A DNA stretch of 248,000 nucleotides from contig NZ_JMCB01000005.1 in assembly GCF_000737315.1 (NCBI RefSeq), forward strand, positions 20,001 to 268,000. The letters are read 5' to 3'. The translations under genes and the position numbers were made by a program. The first letter of the stretch is position 1, and the number at the start of each line of letters is the position of its first letter. This DNA comes from Hyalangium minutum. GTDB lineage: Bacteria > Myxococcota > Myxococcia > Myxococcales > Myxococcaceae. Positions 218,141-229,594 of this stretch are shown piece by piece. Under the pieces are notes generated by a model. The model did no database searches. It worked only from the letters and a program-made list of their open reading frames with translations, and was not told the origin of the DNA.

Positions 218141-219057
218141 TCAGGGCGTGACGGCCCGGACGTCGCGGGCGGCGGCATCCGGGAGCGCGCGGTCCTCGGG
218201 CTCGAAGACGAGCTGGCACTTGTCCAGCTTCGTCCCACACACCCGGTCGAGATCGCTCCGGGTGTCGCAGCCATACCGCTCCGTGCAGGTGTCCGGCAGG
218301 AAGGCCCAGACGAACTGGAGCACGGTGCTCCGGCGGCCCTCCGGCAGCGCGGCGAGGAAGTCCTCGCGGTAGGTGTCGAAGACCTGAGCCAGGTGGACGG
218401 TGTCCTTCTCCAGCCGCACGTGGCGGCGGTCGCCGACGAAGCGGCGGGCCGCGTCGTTGAGCTGCGAGTCGAGGAAGGAAGGGTCAAAGGGCGCGCCATC
218501 CAACAGGGGCCCACCGCGTGTGCCGTGGAAGAGCGCGAGGTGGATGCGCGGATCGGCGTACTCCCGGTCGAGGATGCGGTGCTCCAGGGCCCAGAGCGTC
218601 AGGCGCTGGCCGCCCACCGGCCACGAGCGGCCCCAGAAGAAGTGCCCGAAGGCCTTGTCATGCACGCTCTCGAGGTAGGGGTACTCGTCCACCAGGGACT
218701 GCAGCACGAGCGCGTGGTAGGCGTTGAGCCAGTAGGCCAGCGCGTCCTCGGGCTTGGGGAAGAGGTCCGGCCGCGAGCGCGGTGAGAAGGTGGCCAGCGA
218801 GCGGACGAAGGTGTCCAGCTCCTGGCGGTCCCGGCCGATGGCGGAGAAGTCCACGTCCCCATCCGGCTTCACGTTGCGCAGCACGTGGGCGTAGCCGTTG
218901 TAGTGGAAGGGGAAGTCCCCGCTGGGGACCGAGGCGGGCAGCAGCCCGTAGAAGAAGAGCACGCTGCCCACGGCGAGCACCGCGGGCAGCACGAAGGCCC
219001 CCAGGACGAGCAGGAGACGGCGGCGGCTGGGCGAGGGAGTCTCCAAGGCTGCCACAG
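218141..219057 (-). CDS. DUF547 protein
   Basis: AYWLNAYHA; DPRIHLAL; start approximate. Confidence 0.75.
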
Positions 219058-219107
219058 TGTAGCCCAGCGGGGCTTGGCTCGCAGGAACGCGCAAGGGCGG
219101 GGGCGGT

Positions 219108-220640
219108 TCAACGCGCCGAGGCGGGCTGTCCGCAGCGCTCCGCGTATTCGGCGAGCCTGCGCTGCATCGCCTCTTGCGTGGCCTGGGCCATGGAACGCAG
219201 GGCCGCGGTGACGTGGCCTCCGAGCACGCCGATGGCCCGTTGCTGCGCGGTGAGGCTCTCCTCGCAACGGCCCGCCTGGAAGAGCAGCGCCGCGTAGGCC
219301 TCCAGCGTGGAGGCGCGGCCAGGGGCCAGCTGAACGGCGCGGGCGGCCCTCGCGAGTCCCTCTTCGGTCTGCCCCTGCTCCGTGTGCAGCCACGCCATGG
219401 ACACCAGCGCATCCACGTCGTCGGGGTCCAGAGCGAGGGCCCGCTGCAGGGCCTGCTCCTGCTCGGACGCCGGGGCGTTCGCGTCCTGGAGCGCCTGGCC
219501 CAGCAGGCTCCACGCGGGCCCACTGTCCGGCCGGGCCTGCACCAGCGCCCGGGCCAGCGCCAGCCGCTGCTCTGGATCCACCGTGAAGCTCGCCTGGAGC
219601 AGCACCGCGCTCACATTCGCTGGATCCTCCCGGAGCGCTTCTTCGAGTTCCTGGCGGCCCAGGCGCAGCCGCTCGCGCAGGGAGCGCGGCCCGGGGCTGC
219701 GCAGGAACAGCCGCGCCCGGATGGCGTGGATCTCCGCGCAGTCCAGCGTCCTCACGTCGAACTCGGGCTTGATGAACGGCAGCTCCACCGTGAGCTGCTT
219801 CTCGTCCTGGGGCTCGTACTTCTCGAGGTCCTCCTCCAGGCCCGTCACGCCCTGGAAGGCTGCCTCCCACGCGCGGCGAGGTTCCTCGGCCCGCGCCAGC
219901 CGCGAGGTGAAGTCCCGGAAGCGCTGGGGGTGCCGCTCCCTCAGGTACGTCACCCACAGCCACGAGGAAGCGTAGTACGGCAGGATCTCCGCCGAGGAGA
220001 GGAACGGATACCGTTCCCAGGCCCACAGCTTCTCCATCGACAGGGGCCGGTGGTTGCGCACGTACTGCGCGAAGCCTGGGTGGATCTCCCCGAAGGAGGC
220101 CTTCCTCCGCAGCGAGGAGAACTGCACCGTCTGGAGCCACGTGGCCAGGCCCTCGGTGAGCCACCGGGGCTGCCGCACCATCACGAAGCGGGTGATGTGG
220201 TGGGCCAGCTCGTGGGCCTGGACCTGGAGGGACTCAGGCTCCTGCAACAGGAACTCTCCCTCGCCGGCCATCACCATGAGCGGGCTGCGCCCGGACGAGT
220301 CCAGGAAGGCCTCCAGGGGCGCGCCTTGGGTGAACTCCTCCAGCTCCGTGTCGCTGCTCACGACGATGACCTCCACCTGTCCTGGCGGATCCACTGGGCC
220401 CCCCCAGGCAAGCAGGAGAGCGGTGCGCAGCTGCTCCAGCTCCAGCGCCGTGAAGCGAGCCACGCGCTGGCCCAGGTCCGTGAAGACACGGAAGTGGGGA
220501 CTGTTCACTTCGCGCCACTCCTTGCCTCCCTTGTCCGGACATGTGGCGACCGGACGTTTGACGCAGCCTGTCCCCAGGGTCAGCAGCATCCCTCCGAGCA
220601 GTGCGAGTATGTTGAGGCGTATGGAACCCATGCCGGATGT
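219108..220640 (-). CDS. HExxH (DUF1570-like) TPR lipoprotein
   Basis: GTGC; AHELAH..WLTEGLA; start uncertain. Confidence 0.7.
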   Translation of the reverse strand, partial: TSGMGSIRLNILALLGGMLLTLGTGCVKRPVATCPDKGGKEWREVNSPHFRVFTDLGQRVARFTALELEQLRTALLLAWGGPVDPPGQVEVIVVSSDTELEEFTQGAPLEAFLDSSGRSPLMVMAGEGEFLLQEPESLQVQAHELAHHITRFVMVRQPRWLTEGLATWLQTVQFSSLRRKASFGEIHPGFAQYVRNHRPLSMEKLWAWERYPFLSSAEILPYYASSWLWVTYLRERHPQRFRDFTSRLARAEEPRRAWEAAFQGVTGLEEDLEKYEPQDEKQLTVELPFIKPEFDVRTLDCAEIHAIRARLFLRSPGPRSLRERLRLGRQELEEALREDPANVSAVLLQASFTVDPEQRLALARALVQARPDSGPAWSLLGQALQDANAPASEQEQALQRALALDPDDVDALVSMAWLHTEQGQTEEGLARAARAVQLAPGRASTLEAYAALLFQAGRCEESLTAQQRAIGVLGGHVTAALRSMAQATQEAMQRRLAEYAERCGQPASAR

Positions 220641-221667
220641 CACCCGTTTCTTCCACCCCGTGCTGTCCGCCCGTGAGCTGCGCAAGAAGCCGCTGCGCAT
220701 CGAGCTGGCAGGCAGAGCATACGCGCTGTTCCGGGATGGGACGGGAAAGGCGGCCGCGCTCGCGGACGCTTGCCCCCATCGCTTCGCCCCGCTCTCGGCG
220801 GGCCGGGTGAGCAAGGAGGGACGGCTGACGTGCCCGTACCACGGCTGGAACTTCGACGCGGAAGGCCATGGCCGCAGCCCCAGCCAGCCGGACCTGAAGA
220901 AGTGCGACGCGCGCGCGCTGCAAGTGGTGGAGCGCCACGGCTACCTCTGGGTGGCCTCCCGGGACACGCCGCTGTCGGCCTTCCCGGACTTCGCGCCCGA
221001 GGGCCATGAGGCCACGGGCAGCTTCTCCATGCTCTTCCGCGCGCCGCTCCACGTGGCGCTCGACAACTTCAGCGAGGACGAGCACACCCCGTTCGTCCAC
221101 ACCCGCCTGGGCTGGGACGACCACGACACGAGCGCCATCGAGTTCTCGGCGGAGAACCACGAGGACCACACCGAGGTGCACTACCGCGCGCCTCAGCGGG
221201 AGAGCTGGCTCATCCAGCTGCTGCTGCTCAAGAAGGGGGACGTCTTCCACAATGACTGGGTGACGCGCTTCGATCCCGTGCGTACGAGCTACTCCATCCA
221301 CTGGAGATCGCCGTCGGGAGAGCCCCGCCCGTTCCTCTACCACTTCGCCATCTTCATGGTGCCGGAGACGGAGAAGACCACCCGCTTCCACGTCTTCTCG
221401 TTCGTGAAGGTGTTGGATCCGCGCTTCCAGCCGCTGCTGCCCGTGGTGCGCCTGGCTCAGCCCGTGCTGGCCTGGTTCGAGATCCGCGATGACGCACTCT
221501 TCATCCCCACCGTGGCCGACACGCCGTACAGCCTGAAGGGCATGCGCCTGGGCAAGTACGACAAGCCGCTCATCTACCAGCGCAAGCTGCTCGAGCGCAT
221601 CTACTACGGCCAGAGCCCCGAGGAGCATGTCCCTCCCGTCTCGCTCGTGCAGAGCTCCGGGAGCTGA
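220621..221667 (+). CDS. Rieske non-heme iron oxygenase
   Basis: CPH...CPYHGW; DEHTPFVH. Confidence 0.85.
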   Translation: MEPMPDVTRFFHPVLSARELRKKPLRIELAGRAYALFRDGTGKAAALADACPHRFAPLSAGRVSKEGRLTCPYHGWNFDAEGHGRSPSQPDLKKCDARALQVVERHGYLWVASRDTPLSAFPDFAPEGHEATGSFSMLFRAPLHVALDNFSEDEHTPFVHTRLGWDDHDTSAIEFSAENHEDHTEVHYRAPQRESWLIQLLLLKKGDVFHNDWVTRFDPVRTSYSIHWRSPSGEPRPFLYHFAIFMVPETEKTTRFHVFSFVKVLDPRFQPLLPVVRLAQPVLAWFEIRDDALFIPTVADTPYSLKGMRLGKYDKPLIYQRKLLERIYYGQSPEEHVPPVSLVQSSGS

Positions 221668-221691
221668 GGCCCGGAGCCCGGCTTCACGGCG

Positions 221692-222663
221692 TCAGCGGGG
221701 CTCGGGCTTCCTGCCGGAGATGACGCACATGCCGCCCAGCGTCTTCAGGCGAGGCACCGAGAGCAGCGCCTGATCCACCCTCCCGAGCATGTCCACCGCC
221801 AGCTTCCTCGCCAGCGGCGCGTGCTCGTAGGTCTGGCACGTCGGCAGGATGAGCGAGCTGAGCCGTCCCAGCAGGTGGAACCACTTCAGCTCCAGGTCCG
221901 GCAGGTGGCGCAGGATGGTGGACAGCTCGGCCTTCTCCAGCGGCCGCTCGTCCGGCGTGGCATTCGTGTGGATGGGCACGCCCTTGCGCAGCTTCCGCAG
222001 CCACGGTGTGAGGCTCACCGGCTCGGAGAAGACGAGGAGAGCGCCCGGCTTGGCCCACTTCACCAGCTGCCGCATCACCGCATCCAGCTCCGGGATGAGG
222101 TGGTGCAGGATGCCGTCGCCCCAGATGATGTCGAAGTGCCCCGCGGGCAGCTCCACGGTCTCCAGGGGCGAGCAGAAGAACTCGGCGCGCGCCTCGACAC
222201 CCTCCAGCTGCGCCCGTTGCTTGCACAGCTCGACGAAGCCCGGAGAGATGTCCACGCCCGTGACGTGCGCGCCGAACTTGGCCATCAGCGTGGCGTTGAT
222301 ACCGTCGCCGCACCCGACGTCGAGCACGCGCTTGCCGCGCAGGTTGCCCAGCAGCTGGAAGCGGAACTCCTTGTGGAACCAAGGGTGCTGCGGCTCGCGG
222401 TAGCGCGCCACCGTGAGCGGATCCAGCGGCTTCAGCTCTGCGGCCATCTGCTGGGCGATCTCATCGAAGAAGCGCGCCTCGGACGTCCAACGCGAGAAGA
222501 AGTCCGCACGGGCCCTGGCAGGAGACAGCTCCTCCGGCAGGGCCACTGCGTTCCTCTCCGTACATGCTGGATCCGGCCTCAGCAGCCCCGTCAGCGTGTT
222601 GGCCAGCGGCTTCCCCGTAGGCCCCAGAGGTGTTTCGAGGGTTGGTTCGTTGCCGATCTCCAT
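221692..222663 (-). CDS. class I SAM methyltransferase
   Basis: LDVGCGDG; ILHH. Confidence 0.82.
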   Translation of the reverse strand: MEIGNEPTLETPLGPTGKPLANTLTGLLRPDPACTERNAVALPEELSPARARADFFSRWTSEARFFDEIAQQMAAELKPLDPLTVARYREPQHPWFHKEFRFQLLGNLRGKRVLDVGCGDGINATLMAKFGAHVTGVDISPGFVELCKQRAQLEGVEARAEFFCSPLETVELPAGHFDIIWGDGILHHLIPELDAVMRQLVKWAKPGALLVFSEPVSLTPWLRKLRKGVPIHTNATPDERPLEKAELSTILRHLPDLELKWFHLLGRLSSLILPTCQTYEHAPLARKLAVDMLGRVDQALLSVPRLKTLGGMCVISGRKPEPR

Positions 222664-222780
222664 GCCGCCCCCTTCCAGCCTTCTCCGCCGGGCATGGCGG
222701 AGTGTCTGGGAGGGTGAGCCCGGTCCTTCAGCGAGGGAAGAGGCCCTGCCGGACGATAGACAGGGGGCGGAGCGGCTGTT

Positions 222781-224181
222781 CTACGGAGTGGGAGCCGGAG
222801 TGGGAGCCGGGGCCGCGCTGCCCTCCGAGAGGCTGGGGGGCGGAAACGCGCCCACCGTCTTCAGCAGCCGCAGCGCCGCGAGCGAGGCCTGGAGCCGCTC
222901 GGCCACCAGTCCCACCTCGGCCTGGGTGAGCGTGGTGTTGGTGTCGGCGACTTCCAGGTAGGTGGCCACGCCCGCGCGGAAGCTGACGTCCGTCAGGCGC
223001 TGACCCTCGCGAGCCAGCTCCACCGCCTCCTGGGCCTTGGCGCGGTTGGCCAGGGCGCTCTGCAGCTCCAGCTGGTAGCGCGCCACCTCCTCGCGGGCCC
223101 GGGCCTCGGCCGCGTCTCGCAGCGCCTCGGCCTCGGCCACCTTCGCCGACTGCTCCTTGAGGTTGGCCTCGCGCAGGCCGCCATCCCAGATCGTCCACGA
223201 GGCGGCCAGGGTGATGAGCCACGAGGTGTTCTGCCCGGTGAAGCCCCCGGCGTTGCTCACGCGGTACGCGCCGGACACGCCCAGCGAGGGCAGGTAGGCG
223301 AGCCATGCGCCTCGGCGGTTCGTCTGCGCCAGGTCCACGCCCACGCGCGAGGCCTCCACGTCCGGGCGGTACGTGAGCGCGGCCTCCTCCAGGTTCGCGT
223401 TCTGTGCAGGCAGCTGGGGCTCGGGCGGGGGCTCCAGCTCGAAGTCCGGCGAGCGCTGCAGCAGCGTGGCCAGCGCCAGCTTCGCGGCGGCCAGCGAGTT
223501 GCGCGAGCGCAGCAGATCCTGCTCGGCGCGCGTCCGGTCCAGCTGGGCGCGCAGCACCGCCACCTTCGTCACCGTGCCGGCCTCGAAGCGCGCCTGGGTG
223601 TCCTTCTCGCGTGCCTGGTTGAGCTCCAGCAGCCGCGTCTGCGCCATGAGCGCCGCCTGCGAGGCCGCCGCGCCGTAGTACGCCTGCGCAACGATGAAGA
223701 GGATCTCCCGCCGCTGCGCCTCGGTGCTCAGCGCGGCCAGGTGCTCGGCCTTGCTGGCGGCGGAGATGGCCGCCCACAGCGTGGGGACGATGAGGGCCTG
223801 GCGCGCCTCGAGCTGCGCGTTGAGCATGTTGAACGGCTGGATCGTCACATCCAGCACCTGCTCGGGGACGACCACCAGGTTGGTGGGGGCGCCCGGGCCG
223901 GCACCGGGATCGCTCGTGGGGGCGCCCACGTCGCGCACGAGGTTGCCCACGGGGAACGCGATGCGGGCCTCGTCCGAGTTGCGCGTATAGGCGCCGCTGG
224001 CGGTGATGGTGGGGAGGTACCCCGACCAGGCCTTCCGCGAGGCCTGCTCTGCTTGCTCGAGCCGGGCGCGCGCGGCCTTCAGGTCCAGGTTCTTGGCCTG
224101 GGCCTCCGTGAGCGCCTCGTCCAGCGTGAGCACCGGACCTGCCGTCATGACCGCGAGGGAGAGCGCCAGCAGGGGCGTCAT
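222781..224181 (-). CDS. TolC family outer-membrane protein
   Basis: OEP repeats; in RND operon. Confidence 0.88.
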   Translation of the reverse strand: MTPLLALSLAVMTAGPVLTLDEALTEAQAKNLDLKAARARLEQAEQASRKAWSGYLPTITASGAYTRNSDEARIAFPVGNLVRDVGAPTSDPGAGPGAPTNLVVVPEQVLDVTIQPFNMLNAQLEARQALIVPTLWAAISAASKAEHLAALSTEAQRREILFIVAQAYYGAAASQAALMAQTRLLELNQAREKDTQARFEAGTVTKVAVLRAQLDRTRAEQDLLRSRNSLAAAKLALATLLQRSPDFELEPPPEPQLPAQNANLEEAALTYRPDVEASRVGVDLAQTNRRGAWLAYLPSLGVSGAYRVSNAGGFTGQNTSWLITLAASWTIWDGGLREANLKEQSAKVAEAEALRDAAEARAREEVARYQLELQSALANRAKAQEAVELAREGQRLTDVSFRAGVATYLEVADTNTTLTQAEVGLVAERLQASLAALRLLKTVGAFPPPSLSEGSAAPAPTPAPTP

Positions 224182-224280
224182 ACGAACTTTCCTCCTAAGG
224201 CCCGCCGGAGCGGGCGTTCACAGCAGCCAATGTTGCATGGACCACACTCACGTGGCTGAAGCCAGTGAGAACTGCACCGC

Positions 224281-227200
224281 TCAGGGCGAGGGCTCCGCGC
224301 GGCGAGCCGGCGGCGCGGTGTGAGCCAGCGCCTCCGGGGTGACATGGGAGACGGTGGCCACGCCCTTGGCCATGGTGTGCGGGGGCTCCGCGTAGGCCAG
224401 GAGCACGTCGGCCTGGCCCGTCTCCTCGGGGGTGCGTGGGGAGAACACGGAGTTGAAGAACCGCTTCGCGCGCTCCGCGAGGCTGTCCAGCAGCGAGTAG
224501 GCCACCGGCGTCACTAGCAGCGTGAGCACCAGGGAGAGCGTCTGTCCGCCCACCACCACGCCCGCGGTGGCGCGGTTGAAGCCGGCGCCGATGCCCGTGG
224601 AGGTAACGAGCGGCAGCATGCCCGCCACGAACGAGAGCGTCGTCATGAGGATGGGGCGCAACCGGTCGCGGCTGCCCACGACGATGGCCTCGGTCTTCTC
224701 CAGGCCCGCGGCGCGCAGCTGGTTGGCGTGGTCGATCTGAAGGATGGAGTTCTTCTTCACCACGCCGAAGAGCACCATCAGGCCGAGCATCGAGTAGATG
224801 TCCAGGGACTGGCGGAACACGAGCAGCGAGATGAGGGCGAACGGGACGGTGAGCGGCAGCGAGAGGAGGATGGTGAGGGGGTGGAGCCAGCTCTCGAACT
224901 GCGCCGCCAGGATGAGGTACATGAAGACGAAGGCCAGGCCGAAGGCGATGGCGAAGTTCGTCATCGTGCGGCCAATCTCGCGCGACTGGCCCAGGGGCTT
225001 GGCCGAGTAGCCCGGCGGCAGCTTCAGGTCCTTCACGGCCTGCTCCAGCTGGGTCAGCACCGTGCCCGAGCCAGTGCCCGGCGCCGTGTTGGCGGTGAGC
225101 AGCACCTGGCGCTGGCGGTTGAGGCGGTTGATGGTGGCGGCGCCCTCCTCGTGCTCCACGTGGAGCACGTCCATCAGCGGCACGCTGCCCGCCCGGGCCG
225201 AGGGCACGGTGAGCTGCGAGAGCGCCTCCACGCTGTCACGGGCGGTGGGCTCGGCGCGCAGGCGCACGTCGTAGATGTTGCCGTTCTCCACATAGGAGGA
225301 GACCTCCACGCCGCCCACGAAGAGCTGAAGCGTGGCGGCCACGTCCGACACCTGCACGCCCAGGTCCGCGGCGCGCGAGCGGTTGATGAAGGCGCTCACC
225401 TCGGGCTTGCCGAGGATGAGGTTGGTGTCCGCGTCCACCGCGCCGGGGATGGCCTTGAGCTTCTCCTTGAGGGTGTTGGCGTACCGGGTCAGCTCCTTGA
225501 AGTCCGGACCGGTGACCACCATCATCACCGCGGCCTGGGTGCCGCCGCCGCTGAAGGCGGAGACCTCGGACACGTTCACGCGCCACTCCGGCGGCAGCTT
225601 GGAGGTGAAGTCGCGGCGCACGCGCGCCATCACCTGGTCCTGGCTCTCCTTGCGCGTGCTCGGGTGCGTCATCTGCACGAAAATCTTCGCCAAGTTGGGG
225701 GCGCGCTCGTTGTTGTCGCCAATGGTGACGAGCGTGGAGCGCACCTCGGGCAGCTCGCGCAGCTGGCGGCCCAGGCGCTCGGAGACGAGCTGAGTGGAGG
225801 CCAGGCTGGTGCCCTCGGGCATGCGCATGTTCACCTCGAACTGGGCCTCGTCGCTCTTGGGGAGGAAGCCCTTGGGCACCGCCTGCATCAGCGGCACGCA
225901 CGAGCCCAGGGTGGCGAACGCCATCACCACCGCCACCCACCGGTGCCGCAGCATCCACCGCAGCGACCGGTCATAGGCGCGCTCGATGGGCAGGTAGAAG
226001 GTGTCGGTGACGCGCTCCAGGAAGGGCTTCTGGTGGGCCCCGCCCTTGGGCGCGCTCAGCCACCGCGCCGACAGCATGGGCGTCAGCGAGAAGGACACCA
226101 GCAGGGACACGGCGATGGAGAACGCCATGGTCCACCCGAAGCTGCTGAGGAAGCGGCCGGGGATGCCGCCCATGAAGGCCATGGGCAGGAACACGGCGAT
226201 GAGCGACAGCGTGGTGGCGAGCACCGCCAGGCCAATCTCCTTCGTCGCGAGGATGGCGGCGGGGAAGGGCTTCTCTCCCTTCTCGTGGATGTGGCGGAAG
226301 ATGTTCTCCAGCACGACGATGGCGTCGTCGATGACGATGCCCACCGCCAGCGCCAGGGCCAGCAGGGTGATGGTGTTGAGGGTGAAGCCCTGGGCCTTCA
226401 TCAGCGCGAAGGTGGAGACGATGGAGGTGGGGATGGCGAGCGCGGCGATGAGGGTGGAGCGCCAGCTTCCCAAGAAGAGCAGCACCACCAGCGAGGCGAA
226501 CAGGCCGCCCAGCACGAGGTGCTCGCGCACGGCCTCCACGCTGGTGCGGGTGGTGGCCGAGTTGTCGCGCACCACCTCGAGCGTGTAGCCCGAGGGGAGG
226601 TTCGGGCGCAGCTGCGCCACGCGCTCGTTGATGGCGTCTACCACCGCCACGGTGTTCTCACCGGACTGCTTGCGGATGGAGAGCATGACGGACGGCTTGC
226701 CGTCCTGGCTCGCGGCGGTGACGGCCTCCTGCTCGCCGTCCTCCACGCGCGCCACGTCCGAGACGCGCAGGATGTGGCCATCGCGCTCGCGCAGCACCAG
226801 TTGGCCCAGCTCCTCCACCTTCTCCACACGGCCGCGCAGACGCAGCGACAAGCGCGTGGGGCCCGTCTCGATGGCACCGCCGGGCACCATGAGGTTCTGT
226901 CCGGAGATGGCGCGCTGCAGCTCCGCCGCGCTCACTCCGGCCGCCCGCATCTTCGCCGGGTCCAACCACACGTTCACCTGGCGCTTGCGGCCACCGATGA
227001 GGGTGACCTGGCCCACGCCGGGCACCGTCTCCAGGCTGGGGCGCACCTTGCGATCCGCCAGCTCGGTGATCTCCCGGATGGGCCGATCCGCGTTGAGCGA
227101 CAGGAAGAGCACCGGCGAGGCATCCGGATCCAGCTTCTGGACGATGGGCGTCTCCGCGTCGCGCGGCAGCTCGGGGATGATCTGGCTGACGCGGTCGCGC

Positions 227201-227526
227201 ACCTCCTGCACGGCGGTGTCCACGTCCTTCTCCAGGACGAAGCCGATCTGCACCACGCTCACGCCCTCGGAGGTGGTGGAGATGAGGTCGTCAATGCCGC
227301 TGACGGTGTTGACGGCCTCTTCGATTTTCTCGGTCACCTCCGTCTCCACCTCCGGCGGCGCGGCGCCGGGCAGGCGGGTGACGACGGTGACGAACGGCAA
227401 GTCCACCTTGGGGAAGCGGTCCACGCCGAGCTGCATGTAGCCAGCCACGCCGAGGACGCAGAAGAAGAGGATGAGCACCGTCGCGAGGACGGGCTTGCGG
227501 ACGCACAAGCTCGCGAGCCACTGCAT
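224281..227526 (-). CDS. RND efflux permease (AcrB family)
   Basis: GIVIDDAIVVLEN; RLRPILMT. Confidence 0.93.
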   Translation of the reverse strand: MQWLASLCVRKPVLATVLILFFCVLGVAGYMQLGVDRFPKVDLPFVTVVTRLPGAAPPEVETEVTEKIEEAVNTVSGIDDLISTTSEGVSVVQIGFVLEKDVDTAVQEVRDRVSQIIPELPRDAETPIVQKLDPDASPVLFLSLNADRPIREITELADRKVRPSLETVPGVGQVTLIGGRKRQVNVWLDPAKMRAAGVSAAELQRAISGQNLMVPGGAIETGPTRLSLRLRGRVEKVEELGQLVLRERDGHILRVSDVARVEDGEQEAVTAASQDGKPSVMLSIRKQSGENTVAVVDAINERVAQLRPNLPSGYTLEVVRDNSATTRTSVEAVREHLVLGGLFASLVVLLFLGSWRSTLIAALAIPTSIVSTFALMKAQGFTLNTITLLALALAVGIVIDDAIVVLENIFRHIHEKGEKPFPAAILATKEIGLAVLATTLSLIAVFLPMAFMGGIPGRFLSSFGWTMAFSIAVSLLVSFSLTPMLSARWLSAPKGGAHQKPFLERVTDTFYLPIERAYDRSLRWMLRHRWVAVVMAFATLGSCVPLMQAVPKGFLPKSDEAQFEVNMRMPEGTSLASTQLVSERLGRQLRELPEVRSTLVTIGDNNERAPNLAKIFVQMTHPSTRKESQDQVMARVRRDFTSKLPPEWRVNVSEVSAFSGGGTQAAVMMVVTGPDFKELTRYANTLKEKLKAIPGAVDADTNLILGKPEVSAFINRSRAADLGVQVSDVAATLQLFVGGVEVSSYVENGNIYDVRLRAEPTARDSVEALSQLTVPSARAGSVPLMDVLHVEHEEGAATINRLNRQRQVLLTANTAPGTGSGTVLTQLEQAVKDLKLPPGYSAKPLGQSREIGRTMTNFAIAFGLAFVFMYLILAAQFESWLHPLTILLSLPLTVPFALISLLVFRQSLDIYSMLGLMVLFGVVKKNSILQIDHANQLRAAGLEKTEAIVVGSRDRLRPILMTTLSFVAGMLPLVTSTGIGAGFNRATAGVVVGGQTLSLVLTLLVTPVAYSLLDSLAERAKRFFNSVFSPRTPEETGQADVLLAYAEPPHTMAKGVATVSHVTPEALAHTAPPARRAEPSP

Positions 227527-227547
227527 GACTGGACCTGAGCCTTTCGA

Positions 227548-228663
227548 CTACTGCAGCTTCACGCCGTCGCGGAGCTCCGCGCTGGCAGTGGCCACCACGC
227601 GCTCACCCGGGCGCACTCCGGACAGCACTCCCACCGTCGTCCCCACCGCCTCGCCGAGCTGCACCAGCCGCTCCTCGAGCTTGCCCTCGCTCGCCACGAA
227701 GACGCGCGACTCGCTGCCCTCGACGCGCACCGCCGTGCGAGGCACCACCGGCAGCGCCACGTCTCCCAGCCGCAGCTTCACGGTGGCGAACTGGCCCGGA
227801 ATCAGCTTGTGGCCGGGGTTGGGCACCAGCGCCTCGACGACCAAGTCACGCGTGCCGCGGCGCAGCGCCGGGCCCACGTAGGTGACGGTGGAGCGGTGCA
227901 CGGTGCCCGGGTCAGCGGTGAGGGTGAACTCTACCTCCTGGTTCTTCTGTACGCCGGTGGCCTGCGCCTCCGGCACGGTGATCTCCAAGCGGAGCGGGTC
228001 GGTGGCCAGCAGGGTGACGACGCGCGAGTCCTGGCGGACGTACTCGCCCACGCCCACGGCGCGCTCGGCCACCAGCCCGTCGAAGGGTGCGCGGATGGTG
228101 GTGTCCGCGAGGTTGTTCTCGATGAGGCTCAGGCGGGCCTCGGCGGCGGCGGCCTGAGCAGCGGCGTTGCGGCACTGCGCCTGCATCCGCTGGTGGTCCG
228201 CGGCGGAGACGGAGCCGCCCTCGAAGAGCTTGTCGTTGCGGGCGCAGTCGGCCTCGGCGAGCTCCTTCTGCGTGCGGGCCAGCTCCACCTGGGCGCGGGC
228301 CTCGGCGGCGCTGGCGCTGGCGGCGCGCGCATCCAGCCGGACGAGCACATCGCCCTTCTTTACCAGCGCGCCGCGCTCCACGTGCACGGAGAGCACTTTG
228401 CCTGCGGCGCCCGCAGCCACGTCCGAGTCCTCGAACGCGGTGAGCGAGCCGGTCAGCGTGAGGAAGCGGGGCACGGCGGCCTCTCCCACCACCACCGTGG
228501 AGGCCTGGACCGTGGGCATCGGCGCGGGGGCCACCTTCGCGGGAGCTGCGGCCTCATGGGAACCACAGCCTGCGCCCAGCACCGCCATCAGCCCACTCAG
228601 CCCCAGGGCCCACAGGCCAGACCGAGAGAAGGCGCCGCCCCCTCGAAGAAACCGCTGCCGCAT
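227548..228663 (-). CDS. RND membrane fusion protein
   Basis: IRAPFDG; lipobox GAGC. Confidence 0.9.
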   Translation of the reverse strand: MRQRFLRGGGAFSRSGLWALGLSGLMAVLGAGCGSHEAAAPAKVAPAPMPTVQASTVVVGEAAVPRFLTLTGSLTAFEDSDVAAGAAGKVLSVHVERGALVKKGDVLVRLDARAASASAAEARAQVELARTQKELAEADCARNDKLFEGGSVSAADHQRMQAQCRNAAAQAAAAEARLSLIENNLADTTIRAPFDGLVAERAVGVGEYVRQDSRVVTLLATDPLRLEITVPEAQATGVQKNQEVEFTLTADPGTVHRSTVTYVGPALRRGTRDLVVEALVPNPGHKLIPGQFATVKLRLGDVALPVVPRTAVRVEGSESRVFVASEGKLEERLVQLGEAVGTTVGVLSGVRPGERVVATASAELRDGVKLQ

Positions 228664-228796
228664 GACTGCTCTCCTGCGCCCTGTCCGGAAATGGCCAGGT
228701 TCCATGGTGCACTGCACAACGAATGGGGCGAGCTTGTAGCCCTCAATAGTTGAGCATGTCAATTGTCGACCTGTAACGAGTGAATTACGATGGAGC

Positions 228797-229355
228797 CATG
228801 AGCAGGACGCACGGGGACAGGACGGAGGCACGCGCACGTCGAGGCGCGGAGGCAGCGGAGCCCGCGCAGCTTCAGGAGGAGCTGGCGCGCGAGGCGTGGG
228901 CACCGCTTTTCGAGCTCATCCAGGATCGGATGCGGCACTTTCCACTGCTGGCGGCGGAGTTCGAGCTGTCGCCGGTGCAGGCGCACGTGTTGAGGACGCT
229001 GGGGTACGGCCCGCAGCCGATGAGCATGTTGGCCGACTACCTCTCGTGTGACGCGTCGAACGTGACGGGGCTGGTGGACCGGCTGGAGACGCGGGGCCTG
229101 GTGGAGCGGCGCAACGCGGAGCACGACCGGCGGGTGAAGATGCTGTGCCTGACGGCGGCGGGCGCGGAGGTGCGACGCCGGCTGATGGAGCGGCTGAGCG
229201 AGCCGCCGGTGGCCATCGCCGCGCTCAGCGCGGAGGACCTGCGCGTGCTGCGGGACGTGATGCTGCGCGCGGTGGACAAGCTGAAGGAGCAGTCCCAGGA
229301 GGGGCGCGGCGTATTTGGTCCGCCGCCTCTGCGCGGCGAGAAGACGGGCCCTTAG
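228797..229355 (+). CDS. MarR regulator
   Basis: LSPVQ; VDRLETRGLV..DRR. Confidence 0.88.
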
Positions 229356-229594
229356 CGGCGCACGGTCCAGCCGCTCGCTCTGACAGCGGTCCTCCTTGGG
229401 AGCTCACGCATCGCCGCTCCAATCCGAGCCCTGGGTCCTGCTGGAGCTGGAACAGAGGCGCCGCATCCAGCGGCGCAGGTTGTCACCACCGGGAGGCCAC
229501 CAAGCGAACCAGTCGAAGCGCTCTTCGTAGAAGAAGGGTTCCAGCAGATGTGCCAGGGCCCGGTACTTCGGCACTGTCAGGCGCGCAGCCCCCC

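Noticed and set aside
229356-229594. Possible small ORF or remnant (..YRALAHLLEPFFYEERF..) downstream of the DUF5953-like gene
   Set aside because: No clear start, RBS or family; cannot be supported as a gene.
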